Below are positions 13,601 through 28,277 of a stretch of 64,000 nucleotides of DNA, one piece after another. The notes below the pieces were generated by a model. It saw nothing but the letters and a program-made list of their open reading frames with translations. It did not search any database and was not told the DNA's origin. The translations under genes and the position numbers were made by a program. The DNA is from Nemertoderma westbladi (Eukaryota; Animalia; Xenacoelomorpha): NCBI GenBank assembly GCA_032718475.1, contig JAUCBJ010007457.1:27705-91704 (forward strand). The letters are read 5' to 3'. Numbering within the stretch: position 1 is the first letter of the stretch; each line of letters begins with the position of its first letter.

Positions 13601-16600
13601 CAAAGTACCAGCTACACCCTCAAACAAAATACCAGCTACACTCTCAACCAAAGTACCAGCTACACCCTCAACCAAAGTACCAGCTACACCCTCAACCAAA
13701 GTACCAGCTACACCCTCAACCAAAGTACCAGCTACACTCTCAATCAAAGTACCAACTACACCCTCAACCAAAGTACCAGCTACACACTCAAACAAAATAC
13801 CAGCTACACCCTCAAACAAAATACCAGCTACACTCTCAACCAAAGTACCAGCTACACCCTCAACCAAAGTACCTGCTACACCCCCAACCAAAGTACCAGC
13901 TACACTCTCAACCAAAGTACAAGCTACACCCCCAACCAAAGTACCAGCTACACCCTCAACCAAAGTACCAGCTACACCCCCAACCAAAGTACAAGCTACA
14001 CCCTCAACCAAAGTACCTGCTACACCATCAACCAAAGTACCTGCTACACCATCAACCAAAGTACCAGCTACACCATCAACCGAAGTATCAGCTACACCAT
14101 CAACCAAAGTATCAGCTACTCCCTCAACCAAAGTACCAGCTACACCATCAACCAAAGTACCAGCTACACCCTCAACCAAAGTACCAGCTACACCATCAAA
14201 CAAAGTACCAGCTACACCCTCAACCAAAGTACCAGCTACACCCTCAACCAAAGTATCAGCTACACCCTCAACCAAAGTACCAGCTACACCCTCAACCAAA
14301 GTACCAGCTACACCGTCAACCAAAGTACCAGCTACACTCTCAACCAAAGTACCAGCTACACCGTCAACCAAAGTACCAGCTACACTCTCAACCAAAGTAC
14401 CAGCTACACCGTCAACCAAAGTACCAGCTACACTCTCAACCAAAGTACCAGCTACACTCTCAACCAAAGTACCTGCTACACCATCAACCAAAGTACCAGC
14501 TACACCATCAACCAAAGTACCAGCTACACCATCAACCAAAGTACCAGCTACACCGTCAACCAAAGTACCAGCTACACTCTCAACCAAAGTACCAGCTACA
14601 CCGTCAACCAAAGTACCAGCTACACTCTCAACCAAAGTACCAGCTACACTCTCAACCAAAGTACCTGCTACACCATCAACCAAAGTACCAGCTACACCAT
14701 CAACCAAAGTACCAGCTACACTCTCAACCAAAGTACCAGCTACACCGTCAACCAAAGTACCAGCTACACTCTCAACCAAAGTACCAGCTACACTCTCAAC
14801 CAAAGTACCTGCTACACCATCAACCAAAGTACCAGCTACACCATCAACCAAAGTACCAGCTACACCCTCAACCAAAGTACCAGCTACACCCTCAACCAAA
14901 GTACCAGCTACACCATCAACCAAAGTACCAGCTACACCATCAACCAAAGTACCAGCTACACCCTCAACCAAAGTATCAGCTACACCCCCAACCAAAGTAC
15001 CAGCTACACCCTCAACCAAAGTACCAGCTACACCCTCAACCAAAGTATCAGCTACACCCTCAACCAAAGTACCAGCTACACCATCAACCAAAGTACCAGC
15101 TACACCATCAACCAAAGTACCAGCTACACCATCAACCAAAGTACCAGCTACACCCCCAACCGAAGTACCAGCTACACCCTCAACCAAAGTACAAGTTACA
15201 CCCCCAACCAAAGTACCAGCTACACCCTCAACCAAAGTACCAGCTACACCCCCAACCAAAGTACAAGCTACACCCTCAACCAAAGTACCAGCTACACCAT
15301 CAACCAAAGTACCAGCTACACCCTCAACCAAAGTACCAGCTACACCCTCAACCAAAGTACAAGCTACACCCCCAACCAAAGTACCAGCTACACCCTCAAC
15401 CAAAGTACCAGCTACACCCCCAACCAAAGTACAAGCTACACCCTCAACCAAAGTACCTGCTACACCATCAACCAAAGTACCTGCTACACCATCAACCAAA
15501 GTACCAGCTACACCATCAACCAAAGTACCAGCTACACCATCAACCAAAGTACCAGCTACACCCTCAACCAAAGTACCTGCTACACCATCAACCAAAGTAC
15601 CAGCTACACCATCAACCAAAGTACCAGCTACACCCCCAACCAAAGTACAAGCTACACCCCCAACCAAAGTACCAGCTACACCATCAACCAAAGTACCAGC
15701 TACACCCTCAACCAAAGTACCAGCTACACCCTCAACCAAATTCCAAAGTACAAGCTACACTCTCAACCAAAGTACCTGCTACACCATCAACCAAAGTACC
15801 AGCTACACCATCAAACAAAGTACCAGCTACACCCTCAACCAAAGTACCAGCTACACCCTCAACCAAAGTACAAGCTACACTCTCAACCAAAGTACCTGCT
15901 ACACCCCCAACCAAAGTACAAGCTACACCCCCAACCGAAGTACCAGCTACACCCTCAACCAAAGTACCAGCTACACCCCCAACCAAAGTACAAGCTACAC
16001 CCTCAACCAAAGTACCTGCTACACCATCAACCAAAGTACCAGCTACACTCTAAACCAATGTACCAGCTACACTCCAAACCAATGTACCAGCTACACTCTC
16101 AACCAAAGTCCCAGCTACACCCCCAACCAAAGTACCAGCTACACCCTCAAACATAATACCAGCTACACCCTCAACCAAAGTATCAGCTACACCCCCAACC
16201 AAAGTACAAGCTACACCCTCAACCAAAGTACCAGCTACACCATCAACCAAAGTACCAGCTACACCCCCAACCAAAGTACCAGCTACACCCTCAACCAAAG
16301 TACCAGCTACACCCCCAACCAAAGTACAAGCTACACCCTCAACCAAAGTACCTGCTACACCATCAACCAAAGTACCTGCTACACCATCAACCAAAGTACC
16401 AGCTACACCATCAACCAAAGTACCAGCTACACCATCAACCAAAGTACCAGCTACACCCTCAACCAAAGTACCTGCTACACCATCAACCAAAGTACCTGCT
16501 ACACCATCAACCAAAGTACCAGCTACACCATCAACCAAAGTACCAGCTACACCATCAACCAAAGTACCAGCTACACCATCAACCAAAGTACCAGCTACAC

Positions 16601-19600
16601 CCTCAACCAAAGTACCAGCTACACCATCAACCAAAGTACCAGCTACACCCTCAACCAAAGTACCAGCTACACCCTCAACCAAAGTATCAGCTACACCCTC
16701 AACCAAAGTACCAGCTACACCCTCAACCAAAGTACCAGCTACACCCTCAACCAAAGTACCAGCTACACCCTCAACCAAAGTACCAGCTACACCATCAACC
16801 AAAGTACCAGCTACACCATCAACCAAAGTACCAGCTACACCCTCAACCAAAGTATCAGCTACACCCCCAACCAAAGTACCAGCTACACCCTCAACCAAAG
16901 TACCAGCTACACCATCAACCAAAGTACCTGCTACACCATCAACCAAAGTACCAGCTACACCATCAACCAAAGTACCAGCTACACCATCAACCAAAGTACC
17001 AGCTACACCCTCAACCAAAGTATCAGCTACACCCCCAACCAAAGTACCAGCTACACCCTCAACCAAAGTACCAGCTACACCCTCAACCAAAGTACAAGCT
17101 ACACCCTCAACCAAAGTATCAGCTACACCCTCAACCAAAGTACCAGCTACACCCTCAACCAAAGTACCAGCTACACCCTCAACCAAAGTACCTGCTACAC
17201 CCCCAACCAAAGTACAAGCTACACCCCCAACCGAAGTACCAGCTACACCCTCAACCAAAGTACCTGCTACACCATCAACCAAAGTACCAGCTACACCATC
17301 AACCAAAGTACCAGCTACACCCTCAACCAAAGTACCAGCTACACCCCCAACCAAAGTACAAGCTACACCCCCAACCGAAGTACCAGCTACACCCTCAACC
17401 AAAGTACCTGCTACACCATCAACCAAAGTACCAGCTACACCATCAACCAAAGTACCAGCTACACCATCAACCAAAGTACCAGCTACACCATCAAACAAAG
17501 TACCAGCTACACCATCAACCAAAGTACCAGCTACACCCTCAACCAAAGTACCAGCTACACCCCCAACCAAAGTACCAGCTACACCATCAACCAAAGTACC
17601 AGCTACACCCTCAACCAAAGTACCAGCTACACCCTCAACCAAAGTACAAGCTACACCCTCAACCAAAGTACCAGCTACACCCTCAACCAAAGTATCAGCT
17701 ACACCATCAACCAAAGTACCAGCTACACCCTCAACCAAAGTATCAGCTACACCCCCAACCGAAGTACCAGCTACACCCTCAACCAAAGTACCTGCTACAC
17801 CATCAACCAAAGTACCAGCTACACCATCAACCAAAGTACCAGCTACACCATCAACCAAAGTACCAGCTACACCATCAAACAAAGTACCAGCTACACCATC
17901 AACCAAAGTACCAGCTACACCCTCAACCAAAGTACCAGCTACACCCTCAACCAAAGTACCAGCTACACCCTCAACCAAAGTACCAGCTACACCCTCAACC
18001 AAAGTACCAGCTACACCCTCAACCAAAGTACCAGCTACACCCTCAACCAAAGTACCAGCTACACCATCAACCAAAGTACCAGCTACACCATCAACCAAAG
18101 TACCAGCTACACCCTCAACCAAAGTATCAGCTACACCCCCAACCAAAGTACCAGCTACACCCTCAACCAAAGTACCAGCTACACCATCAACCAAAGTACC
18201 TGCTACACCATCAACCAAAGTACCAGCTACACCATCAACCAAAGTACCAGCTACACCATCAACCAAAGTACCAGCTACACCCTCAACCAAAGTACCAGCT
18301 ACACCCTCAACCAAAGTACCAGCTACACCCTCAACCAAAGTACCAGCTACACCCTCAACCAAAGTACCAGCTACACCCTCAACCAAAGTACCAGCTACAC
18401 CCTCAACCAAAGTACCAGCTACACCCTCAACCAAAGTACCAGCTACACCCTCAACCAAAGTACCAGCTACACCCTCAACCAAAGTACAAGCTACACCCTC
18501 AACCAAAGTACCAGCTACACCCTCAACCAAAGTACCTGCTACACCATCAACCAAAGTACCAGCTACACCATCAACCAAAGTACCAGCTACACCCTCAACC
18601 AAAGTACCAGCTACACCCCCAACCAAAGTACAAGCTACACCCCCAACCGAAGTACCAGCTACACCCTCAACCAAAGTACCTGCTACACCATCAACCAAAG
18701 TACCAGCTACACCATCAACCAAAGTACCAGCTACACCATCAACCAAAGTACCAGCTACACCATCAAACAAAGTACCAGCTACACCATCAACCAAAGTACC
18801 AGCTACACCCTCAACCAAAGTACCAGCTACACCCCCAACCAAAGTACAAGCTACACTCTCAACCAAAGTACCTGCTACACCATCAACCAAAGTACCAGCT
18901 ACACCATCAACCAAAGTACCAGCTACACCCTCAACCAAAGTACCAGCTACACCCTCAACCAAAGTACCAGCTACACCCTCAACCAAAGTACCAGCTACAC
19001 CCTCAACCAAAGTACCAGCTACACCCTCAACCAAAGTACCAGCTACACCCTCAACCAAAGTACCAGCTACACCCTCAACCAAAGTACCAGCTACACCCTC
19101 AACCAAAGTACCAGCTACACCATCAACCAAAGTACCAGCTACACCTCAACCAAAGTACCAGCTACACCCTCAACCAAAGTACCAGCTACACCATCAACCA
19201 AAGTACCAGCTACACCCTCAACCAAAGTACCAGCTACACCCTCAACCAAAGTACCAGCTACACCCTCAACCAAAGTACCAGCTACACCCTCAACCAAAGT
19301 ACCAGCTACACCCTCAACCAAAGTACCAGCTACACCCTCAACCAAAGTACCAGCTACACCCTCAACCAAAGTACCAGCTACACCCTCAACCAAAGTACCA
19401 GCTACACCCTCAACCAAAGTACCAGCTACACCTTCAACCAAAGTACCAGCTACACCCTCAACCAAAGTACCAGCTACACCCTCAACCAAAGTACCAGCTA
19501 CACCATCAACCAAAGTATCAGCTACACCCTCAACCAAAGTACCAGCTACACTCTCAACCAAAGTACCAGCTACATCATCAACCAAAGTACCAGCTACACC

Positions 19601-22600
19601 CTCAACCAAAGTACCAGCTACACCCTCAACCAAAGTACCAGCTACACCCTCAACCAAAGTACCAGCTACACCCTCAACCAAAGTACCAGCTACACCCTCA
19701 ACCAAAGTACCAGCTACACCCTCAACCAAAGTACCAGCTACACCCTCAACCAAAGTCCAAAGTACAAGCTACACTCTCAACCAAAGTACCTGCTACACCA
19801 TCAACCAAAGTACCAGCTACACCATCAAACAAAGTACCAGCTACACCCTCAACCAAAGTACCAGCTACACCCTCAACCAAAGTACCAGCTACACCCTCAA
19901 CCAAAGTATCAGCTACACCCTCAACCAAAGTACCAGCTACACCCTCAAACAAAGTACCAGCTAAACCATCAACAAAAGTACCAGCTACACTCTCAACCAA
20001 AGTACCAGCTACACTCTCAACCAAAGTACCAGCTACACCCTCAACCAAAGTACCAGCTACACCCTCAACCAAAGTACCAGCTACACCCTCAACCAAAGTA
20101 CCAGCTACACCCTCAACCAAAGTCCAAAGTACAAGCTACACTCTCAACCAAAGTACCTGCTACACCATCAACCAAAGTACCAGCTACACCATCAAACAAA
20201 GTACCAGCTACACCCTCAACCAAAGTACCAGCTACACCATCAAACAAAGTACCAGCTACACCCTCAACCAAAGTACCAGCTACACCCTCAACCAAAGTAC
20301 CAGCTACACCCCCAACCAAAGTACAAGCTACACTCTCAACCAAAGTACCTGCTACACCATCAACCAAAGTACCAGCTACACCCTCAACCAAAGTACCAGC
20401 TACACCCTCAACCAAAGTATCAGCTACACCCTCAACCAAAGTACCAGCTACACCCTCAACCAAACTACCAGCTACACCCTCAACCAAAGTACCAGCTACA
20501 CCCTCAACCAAAGTACCAGCTACACCCTCAACCAAAGTATCAGCTACACCCTCAACCAAAGTACCAGCTACACCATCAACCAAAGTACCAGCTACACCAT
20601 CAACCAAAGTACCAGCTACACCCTCAACCAAAGTACCAGCTACACCCTCAACCAAAGTCCAAAGTACAAGCTACACTCTCAACCAAAGTACCTGCTACAC
20701 CCTCAACCAAAGTACCAGCTACACCATCAAACAAAGTACCAGCTACACCCTCAACCAAAGTACCAGCTACACCCTCAACCAAAGTACAAGCTACACCCCC
20801 AACCGAAGTACCAGCTACACCCTCAACCAAAGTACCTGCTACACCATCAACCAAAGTACCAGCTACACCATCAACCAAAGTACCAGCTACACCATCAACC
20901 AAAGTACCAGCTACACCATCAAACAAAGTACCAGCTACACCATCAACCAAAGTACCAGCTACACCCTCAACCAAAGTACCAGCTACACCCCCAACCAAAG
21001 TACAAGCTACACTCTCAACCAAAGTACCTGCTACACCATCAACCAAAGTACCAGCTACACCATCAACCAAAGTACCAGCTACACCCTCAACCAAAGTACC
21101 AGCTACACCCTCAACCAAAGTACCAGCTACACCCTCAACCAAAGTACCAGCTACACCCTCAACCAAAGTATCAGCTACACCCTCAACCAAAGTACCAGCT
21201 ACAACCTCAACCAAACTACCAGCTACACCCTCAACCAAAGTACCAGCTACACCTTCAACCAAAGTACCAGCTACACCCTCAACCAAAGTACCAGCTACAC
21301 CCTCAACCAAAGTACCAGCTACACCATCAACCAAAGTATCAGCTACACCCTCAACCAAAGTACCAGCTACACTCTCAACCAAAGTACCAGCTACATCATC
21401 AACCAAAGTACCAGCTACACCCTCAACCAAAGTACCAGCTACACCCTCAACCAAAGTACCAGCTACACCCTCAACCAAAGTACCAGCTACACCCTCAACC
21501 AAAGTACCAGCTACACCCTCAACCAAAGTACCAGCTACACCCTCAACCAAAGTACCAGCTACACCCTCAACCAAAGTCCAAAGTACAAGCTACACTCTCA
21601 ACCAAAGTACCTGCTACACCATCAACCAAAGTACCAGCTACACCATCAAACAAAGTACCAGCTACACCCTCAACCAAAGTACCAGCTACACCCTCAACCA
21701 AAGTACCAGCTACACCCTCAACCAAAGTATCAGCTACACCCTCAACCAAAGTACCAGCTACACCCTCAAACAAAGTACCAGCTAAACCATCAACAAAAGT
21801 ACCAGCTACACTCTCAACCAAAGTACCAGCTACACTCTCAACCAAAGTACCAGCTACACCCTCAACCAAAGTACCAGCTACACCCTCAACCAAAGTACCA
21901 GCTACACCCTCAACCAAAGTACCAGCTACACCCTCAACCAAAGTCCAAAGTACAAGCTACACTCTCAACCAAAGTACCTGCTACACCATCAACCAAAGTA
22001 CCAGCTACACCATCAAACAAAGTACCAGCTACACCCTCAACCAAAGTACCAGCTACACCATCAAACAAAGTACCAGCTACACCCTCAACCAAAGTACCAG
22101 CTACACCCTCAACCAAAGTACCAGCTACACCCCCAACCAAAGTACAAGCTACACTCTCAACCAAAGTACCTGCTACACCATCAACCAAAGTACCAGCTAC
22201 ACCCTCAACCAAAGTACCAGCTACACCCTCAACCAAAGTATCAGCTACACCCTCAACCAAAGTACCAGCTACACCCTCAACCAAACTACCAGCTACACCC
22301 TCAACCAAAGTACCAGCTACACCCTCAACCAAAGTACCAGCTACACCCTCAACCAAAGTATCAGCTACACCCTCAACCAAAGTACCAGCTACACCATCAA
22401 CCAAAGTACCAGCTACACCATCAACCAAAGTACCAGCTACACCCTCAACCAAAGTACCAGCTACACCCTCAACCAAAGTCCAAAGTACAAGCTACACTCT
22501 CAACCAAAGTACCTGCTACACCCTCAACCAAAGTACCAGCTACACCATCAAACAAAGTACCAGCTACACCCTCAACCAAAGTACCAGCTACACCCTCAAC

Positions 22601-25600
22601 CAAAGTACAAGCTACACCCCCAACCGAAGTACCAGCTACACCCTCAACCAAAGTACCTGCTACACCATCAACCAAAGTACCAGCTACACCATCAACCAAA
22701 GTACCAGCTACACCATCAACCAAAGTACCAGCTACACCATCAAACAAAGTACCAGCTACACCATCAACCAAAGTACCAGCTACACCCTCAACCAAAGTAC
22801 CAGCTACACCCCCAACCAAAGTACAAGCTACACTCTCAACCAAAGTACCTGCTACACCATCAACCAAAGTACCAGCTACACCATCAACCAAAGTACCAGC
22901 TACACCCTCAACCAAAGTACCAGCTACACCCTCAACCAAAGTACCAGCTACACCCTCAACCAAAGTACCAGCTACACCCTCAACCAAAGTATCAGCTACA
23001 CCCTCAACCAAAGTACCAGCTACAACCTCAACCAAACTACCAGCTACACCCTCAACCAAAGTACCAGCTACACCCTCAACCAAAGTACCAGCTACACCCT
23101 CAACCAAAGTCCAAAGTACAAGCTACACTCTCAACCAAAGTACCTGCTACACCATCAACCAAAGTACCAGCTACACCATCAAACAAAGTACCAGCTACAC
23201 CCTCAACCAAAGTACCAGCTACACCCTCAACCAAAGTACCAGCTACACCCTCAACCAAAGTATCAGCTACACCCTCAACCAAAGTACCAGCTACACCCTC
23301 AAACAAAGTACCAGCTACACCATCAACAAAAGTACCAGCTACACTCTCAACCAAAGTACCAGCTACACCCTCAACCAAAGTACCAGCTACACCCTCAACC
23401 AAAGTACCAGCTACACCCTCAACCAAAGTACCAGCTACACCCTCAACCAAAGTCCAAAGTACAAGCTACACTCTCAACCAAAGTACCTGCTACACCATCA
23501 ACCAAAGTACCAGCTACACCATCAAACAAAGTACCAGCTACACCCTCAACCAAAGTACCAGCTACACCATCAAACAAAGTACCAGCTACACCCTCAACCA
23601 AAGTACCAGCTACACCCTCAACCAAAGTACCAGCTACACCCCCAACCAAAGTACAAGCTACACTCTCAACCAAAGTACCTGCTACACCATCAACCAAAGT
23701 ACCAGCTACACCATCAACCAAAGTACCAGCTACACCCTCAACCAAAGTACCAGCTACACCCTCAACCAAAGTACCAGCTACACCCTCAACCAAAGTACCA
23801 GCTACACCCTCAACCAAAGTATCAGCTACACCCTCAACCAAAGTACCAGCTACACCCTCAACCAAACTACCAGCTACACCCTCAACCAAAGTACCAGCTA
23901 CACCCTCAACCAAAGTACCAGCTACACCCTCAACCAAAGTCCAAAGTACAAGCTACACTCTCAACCAAAGTACCTGCTACACCATCAACCAAAGTACCAG
24001 CTACACCATCAAACAAAGTACCAGCTACACCCTCAACCAAAGTACCAGCTACACCCTCAAACAAAATACCAGCTACACTCTCAACCAAAGTACCAGCTAC
24101 ACCCTCAACCAAAGTACCTGCTACACCATCAACCAAAGTACCAGCTACACCCTCAACCAAAGTACCAGCTACACCCTCAACCAAAGTACCAGCTACACCC
24201 TCAACCAAAGTACCAGCTACACTATCAACCAAAGTACCAGCTACACCCTCAACCGAAGTACCAGCTACACCCTCAACCAAAGTACCAGCTACAACCTCAA
24301 CCAAAGTACCAGCTACACCCTCAACCAAAGTATCAGCTACACCCTCAACCAAAGTACCAGCTACACCCTCAAACAAAGTACCACCTACACCATCAACAAA
24401 AGTACCAGCTACACTCTCAACCAAAGTACCAGCTACACTCTCAACCAAAGTACCAGCTACACCCTCAACCAAAGTACCAGCTACACCCTCAACCAAAGTA
24501 CCAGCTACACCCTCAACCAAAGTACCAGCTACACCCTCAACCAAAGTCCAAAGTACAAGCTACACTCTCAACCAAAGTACCTGCTACACCATCAACCAAA
24601 GTACCAGTTACACCATCAAACAAAGTACCAGCTACACCCTCAACCAAAGTACCAGCTACACCCTCAACCAAAGTATCAGCTACACCCTCAACCAAAGTAC
24701 CAGCTACACCCTCAAACAAAGTACCAGCTACACCATCAACAAAAGTACCAGCTACACTCTCAACCAAAGTACCAGCTACACTCTCAACCAAAGTACCAGC
24801 TACACCCTCAACCAAAGTACCAGCTACACCCTCAACCAAAGTACCAGCTACACCCTCAACCAAAGTCCAAAGTACAAGCTACACTCTCAACCAAAGTACC
24901 TGCTACACCATCAACCAAAGTACCAGTTACACCATCAAACAAAGTACCAGCTACACCCTCAACCAAAGTACCAGCTACACCCTCAACCAAAGTATCAGCT
25001 ACACCCTCAACCAAAGTACCAGCTACACCCTCAAACAAAGTACCAGCTACACCATCAACAAAAGTACCAGCTACACTCTCAACCAAAGTACCAGCTACAC
25101 TCTCAACCAAAGTACCAGCTACACCCTCAACCAAAGTACCAGCTACACCATCAACCAAAGTACCAGCTACACCCTCAACCAAAGTCCAAAGTACAAGCTA
25201 CACTCTCAACCAAAGTACCTGCTACACCATCAACCAAAGTACCAGCTACACCATCAAACAAAGTACCAGCTACACCCTCAACCAAAGTACCAGCTACACC
25301 CTCAACCAAAGTATCAGCTACACCCTCAACCAAAGTACCAGCTACACCCTCAACCAAAGTACCAGCTACACCATCAACAAAAGTACCAGCTACACTCTCA
25401 ACCAAAGTACCAGCTACACTCTCAACCAAAGTACCAGCTACACCCTCAACCAAAACACCAGCTACACCCTCAAACAAAATACCAGCTACGCTCTCAACCA
25501 AAGTACCAGCTACACCCTCAACCAAAGTATCAGCTACACCCTCAACCAAAGTACCAGCTACACCCTCAACCAAAGTACCAGCTACACCATCAACAAAAGT

Positions 25601-26424
25601 ACCAGCTACACTCTCAACCAAAGTACCAGCTACACTCTCAACCAAAGTACCAGCTACACCCTCAAACAAAGTACCAGCTACACCCTCAACCAAAGTATCA
25701 GCTACACCCTCAACCAAAGTACCAGCTACACCCTCAACCAAAGTACCAGCTACACCCTCAACCAAAGTATCAGCTACACCCTCAACCAAAGTACCAGCTA
25801 CACCCTCAACCAAAGTACAAGCTACACTCTCAACCAAAGTACCAGCTACACCCTCAACCAAAGTATCACCTACACCCTCAACCAAAGTACCAGCTACACC
25901 CTCAACCAAAGTACCAGCTACACCCTCAACCAAAGTACCAGCTACACCCTCAACCAAAGTACCAGCTACACCCTCAACCAAAGTCCAAAGTACAAGCTAC
26001 ACTCTCAACCAAAGTACCTGCTACACCATCAACCAAAGTACCAGCTACACCATCAAACAAAGTACCAGCTACACCCTCAACCAAAGTACCAGCTACACCC
26101 TCAACCAAAGTACCAGCTACACCCTCAACCAAAGTATCAGCTACTCCCTCAACCAAAGTACCAGCTACACCCTCAACCAAAGTACCAGCTACATCATCAA
26201 CAAAAGTACCAGCTACACTCTCAACCAAAGTACCAGCTACACCCTCAACCAAAGTACCAGCTACACCCTCAACCAAAGTACCAGCTACATCATCAACAAA
26301 AGTACCAGCTACACACTCAACCAAAGTACCAGCTACATCCTCAACCAAAGTACCAGCTACACCATCAACCAAAGTATCAGCTACACCCTCAACCAAATAT
26401 CAGCTACACTCTCAACCAAAGTAC
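7697..26424. repeat. 24-bp minisatellite/satellite array (ACCAAAGTACCAGCTACACCCTCA)n, about 780 units, in filamin intron 5
   Basis: Direct inspection. 18.7 kb of head-to-tail units with recurrent variants (ccatca, ctctca, ccccca, cctgct, tcagct, caagct) and occasional indels. Confidence 0.98.
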
Positions 26425-27086
26425 GACGTACTTTGGACAGAAATATAAGTATTGAACATGAATATAAATTGAGTAGGCATGTATGTAACATGTAACTTTT
26501 TGAAACTTACCCGAATAACTCAGGTGTTTGTTACCTGTTGGGAAGGACTTAATTGTTTTGTAAATTTATACATGGAGAGTATACAATATTGATTGGCTAA
26601 CTATACAATAAAATTGTTAATTAAACAATATTAATTAACCATTAATTAATATAATCTTCATTACTAATCTCAATTGAAATATTATTAATGTTGTCGTTAT
26701 TTGGTGCGGACAACTTGACTTGCGCACTTGATTTATAATCTATATAAATAAGATTACATTTCGTTGCGAAATAAATTGCGAGCGCAGCGAGGATTTAAAT
26801 CAATACGAGAACTGTGATATTTGCCTTGAATATAATAACTATAATTATGATATGTAATTTTCAATATCATGATATGGATTACTTAAAGATCCTCAGTGAA
26901 CGTGAAACACCGAAGGCAACACGAAGTTACACTTATCTTGGCAGTTACCTGTCAGACATGGGGGTGGAACACGCAATAACTATCTAAACCTTGGTTAGCC
27001 CATCACCCAGGAAACCCATCAATGTAATAGAACAAAAAATTATTTATTCTAGAATACTCGCTGAGGGTTCGAACCCAGGAACTTAC

Positions 27087-27327
27087 CGGTGGCGACAATC
27101 TCGAAGTATGTTGGGTCATTGACCTTCAACCCGGTGGGTTCCAGACCCGGTCCTCTCGCGATCACCTTGCTCGCGTCCCCCGGCGCGTCCGATATGTTCA
27201 CTGTGTAGGGACTCTTGGTCGTCTCTTCCTTAGCGAAACTCACGCTGACCAGATGAGGACCAGCGGTTTGGGATAGATAAGTAACGCTGTAAGTTTTGTT
27301 GCGGTCGTTATTAAACTCAACTTTAGC
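27087..27327 (-). CDS. FLN: Filamin, coding exon 5 (end of Ig repeat 1, start of repeat 2)
   Basis: Acceptor tttatatttag; AKVEFNNDRNKTYSVTYLSQTAGPHLVSVSFAKEETTKSPYTVNISDAPGDASKVIARGPGLEPTGLKVNDPTYFEIVAT; donor G|GTAAGT; 241 nt, ends in phase 1. Confidence 0.93.
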
Positions 27328-27507
27328 CTAAATATAAACGCGATTTATTTAGTGTAAAAGTAAACGCCTAAACCTCTATAATCATACTATTACGTAGGTA
27401 TTCATTAATATATAAAGATAATGTTCGAGTGTTTGGTTAAATAATAAGAATATGGTTACCGAATAGAGTTGTAAGCTATCGGTAGAGTTTATTTAGTTGT
27501 TACTAAC

Positions 27508-27645
27508 CCCGATCTCTTTCCCATTGGGGTCCTTAACCGAAACGACGACTTCGCCGTTACCTGCACTGAATGTCTCCACAGTGAACCGAGAGGGCTGGCC
27601 AACCGCGCAACCTTCTGGTTCAACACCCGGCCCATAGACCCTCAC
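27508..27645 (-). CDS. FLN: Filamin, coding exon 4 (first half of Ig-like repeat 1)
   Basis: Acceptor gtgttctttag; VRVYGPGVEPEGCAVGQPSRFTVETFSAGNGEVVVSVKDPNGKEIG with the YGPG motif; donor GGG|GTTAGT; 138 nt. Confidence 0.93.
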
Positions 27646-27661
27646 CTAAAGAACACGTTGC

Positions 27662-27886
27662 ATAGTTACTGAGTAGGTTGTTTAGTTACTCTGAGTACGT
27701 TGCTTAGTTACTGAGAAGGTTGTTTAGTTACTGAGTAGGTTGCTTAGTTACTGAGTAGGTTGTTTAGTTACTCTGAGTACGTTGCTTAGTTACTGAGTAG
27801 GTTACTTAGTTACTGAGAAGGTTGTTTAGTTACTGAGTAGGTTGCTTAGTTACTGAGTAGGTTGCTTAGTTACTGAGAAGGTTGAT
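27662..27886. repeat. 20-bp minisatellite (TTAGTTACTGAGTAGGTTGY)n, about 11 units, in intron 3
   Basis: Direct inspection; some units have a 2-bp ct insertion. It ends about 15 nt from the exon 4 acceptor. Confidence 0.9.
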
Positions 27887-27890
27887 TAGA

Positions 27891-28085
27891 AAACCTTATC
27901 GATAACTTATTGATTACCAAACTTATCGATAACTTATTGATTACCAAACTTATCAATAACTTATTGATTACTAAACTTATCGATAACTTATTGATTACCA
28001 AACTTATCGATAACTTATTGATTACCAAACTTATCGATAACTTATTGATTACAAAACTTATCGATAACTTATTGAACTTATTATT
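27891..28085. repeat. 27-bp minisatellite (AAACTTATCGATAACTTATTGATTACC)n, about 7 units
   Basis: Direct inspection. Each unit has the palindrome TTATCGATAA; the array abuts the 20-bp array. Confidence 0.9.
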
Positions 28086-28277
28086 AACTTATTTTCTAAT
28101 TAATATTTGGTTTAATATTTATGAGATTAAATAGTTGAAAAAAATTGAATTTTAATGGCACAAAAACGTTGCAATTACCATTCCGTGTCATCAGAAAATG
28201 ACACTGTATTACGGTTCATGGTGTATATATATATGACAACTACCCCCCCCCCCCCCCCCGGTCGCAGTTTCACTCAC

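Noticed and set aside
7657-26396. Very long ORFs (2822, 3735, 2338, 1026 aa and others) resembling mucins or adhesins
   Set aside because: They are translations of a stop-free 24-bp repeat, open in several frames on both strands, with frame-switching indels, no signal peptide or unique domain, and they lie in a filamin intron.
26500-26960. Donor-like motifs (GTAAGT near 26510, CAG|GTAAC near 26534 and 26948) as an alternative first exon
   Set aside because: Nearby ATGs give the wrong phase or a stop relative to exon 6; cannot be supported without transcript data.
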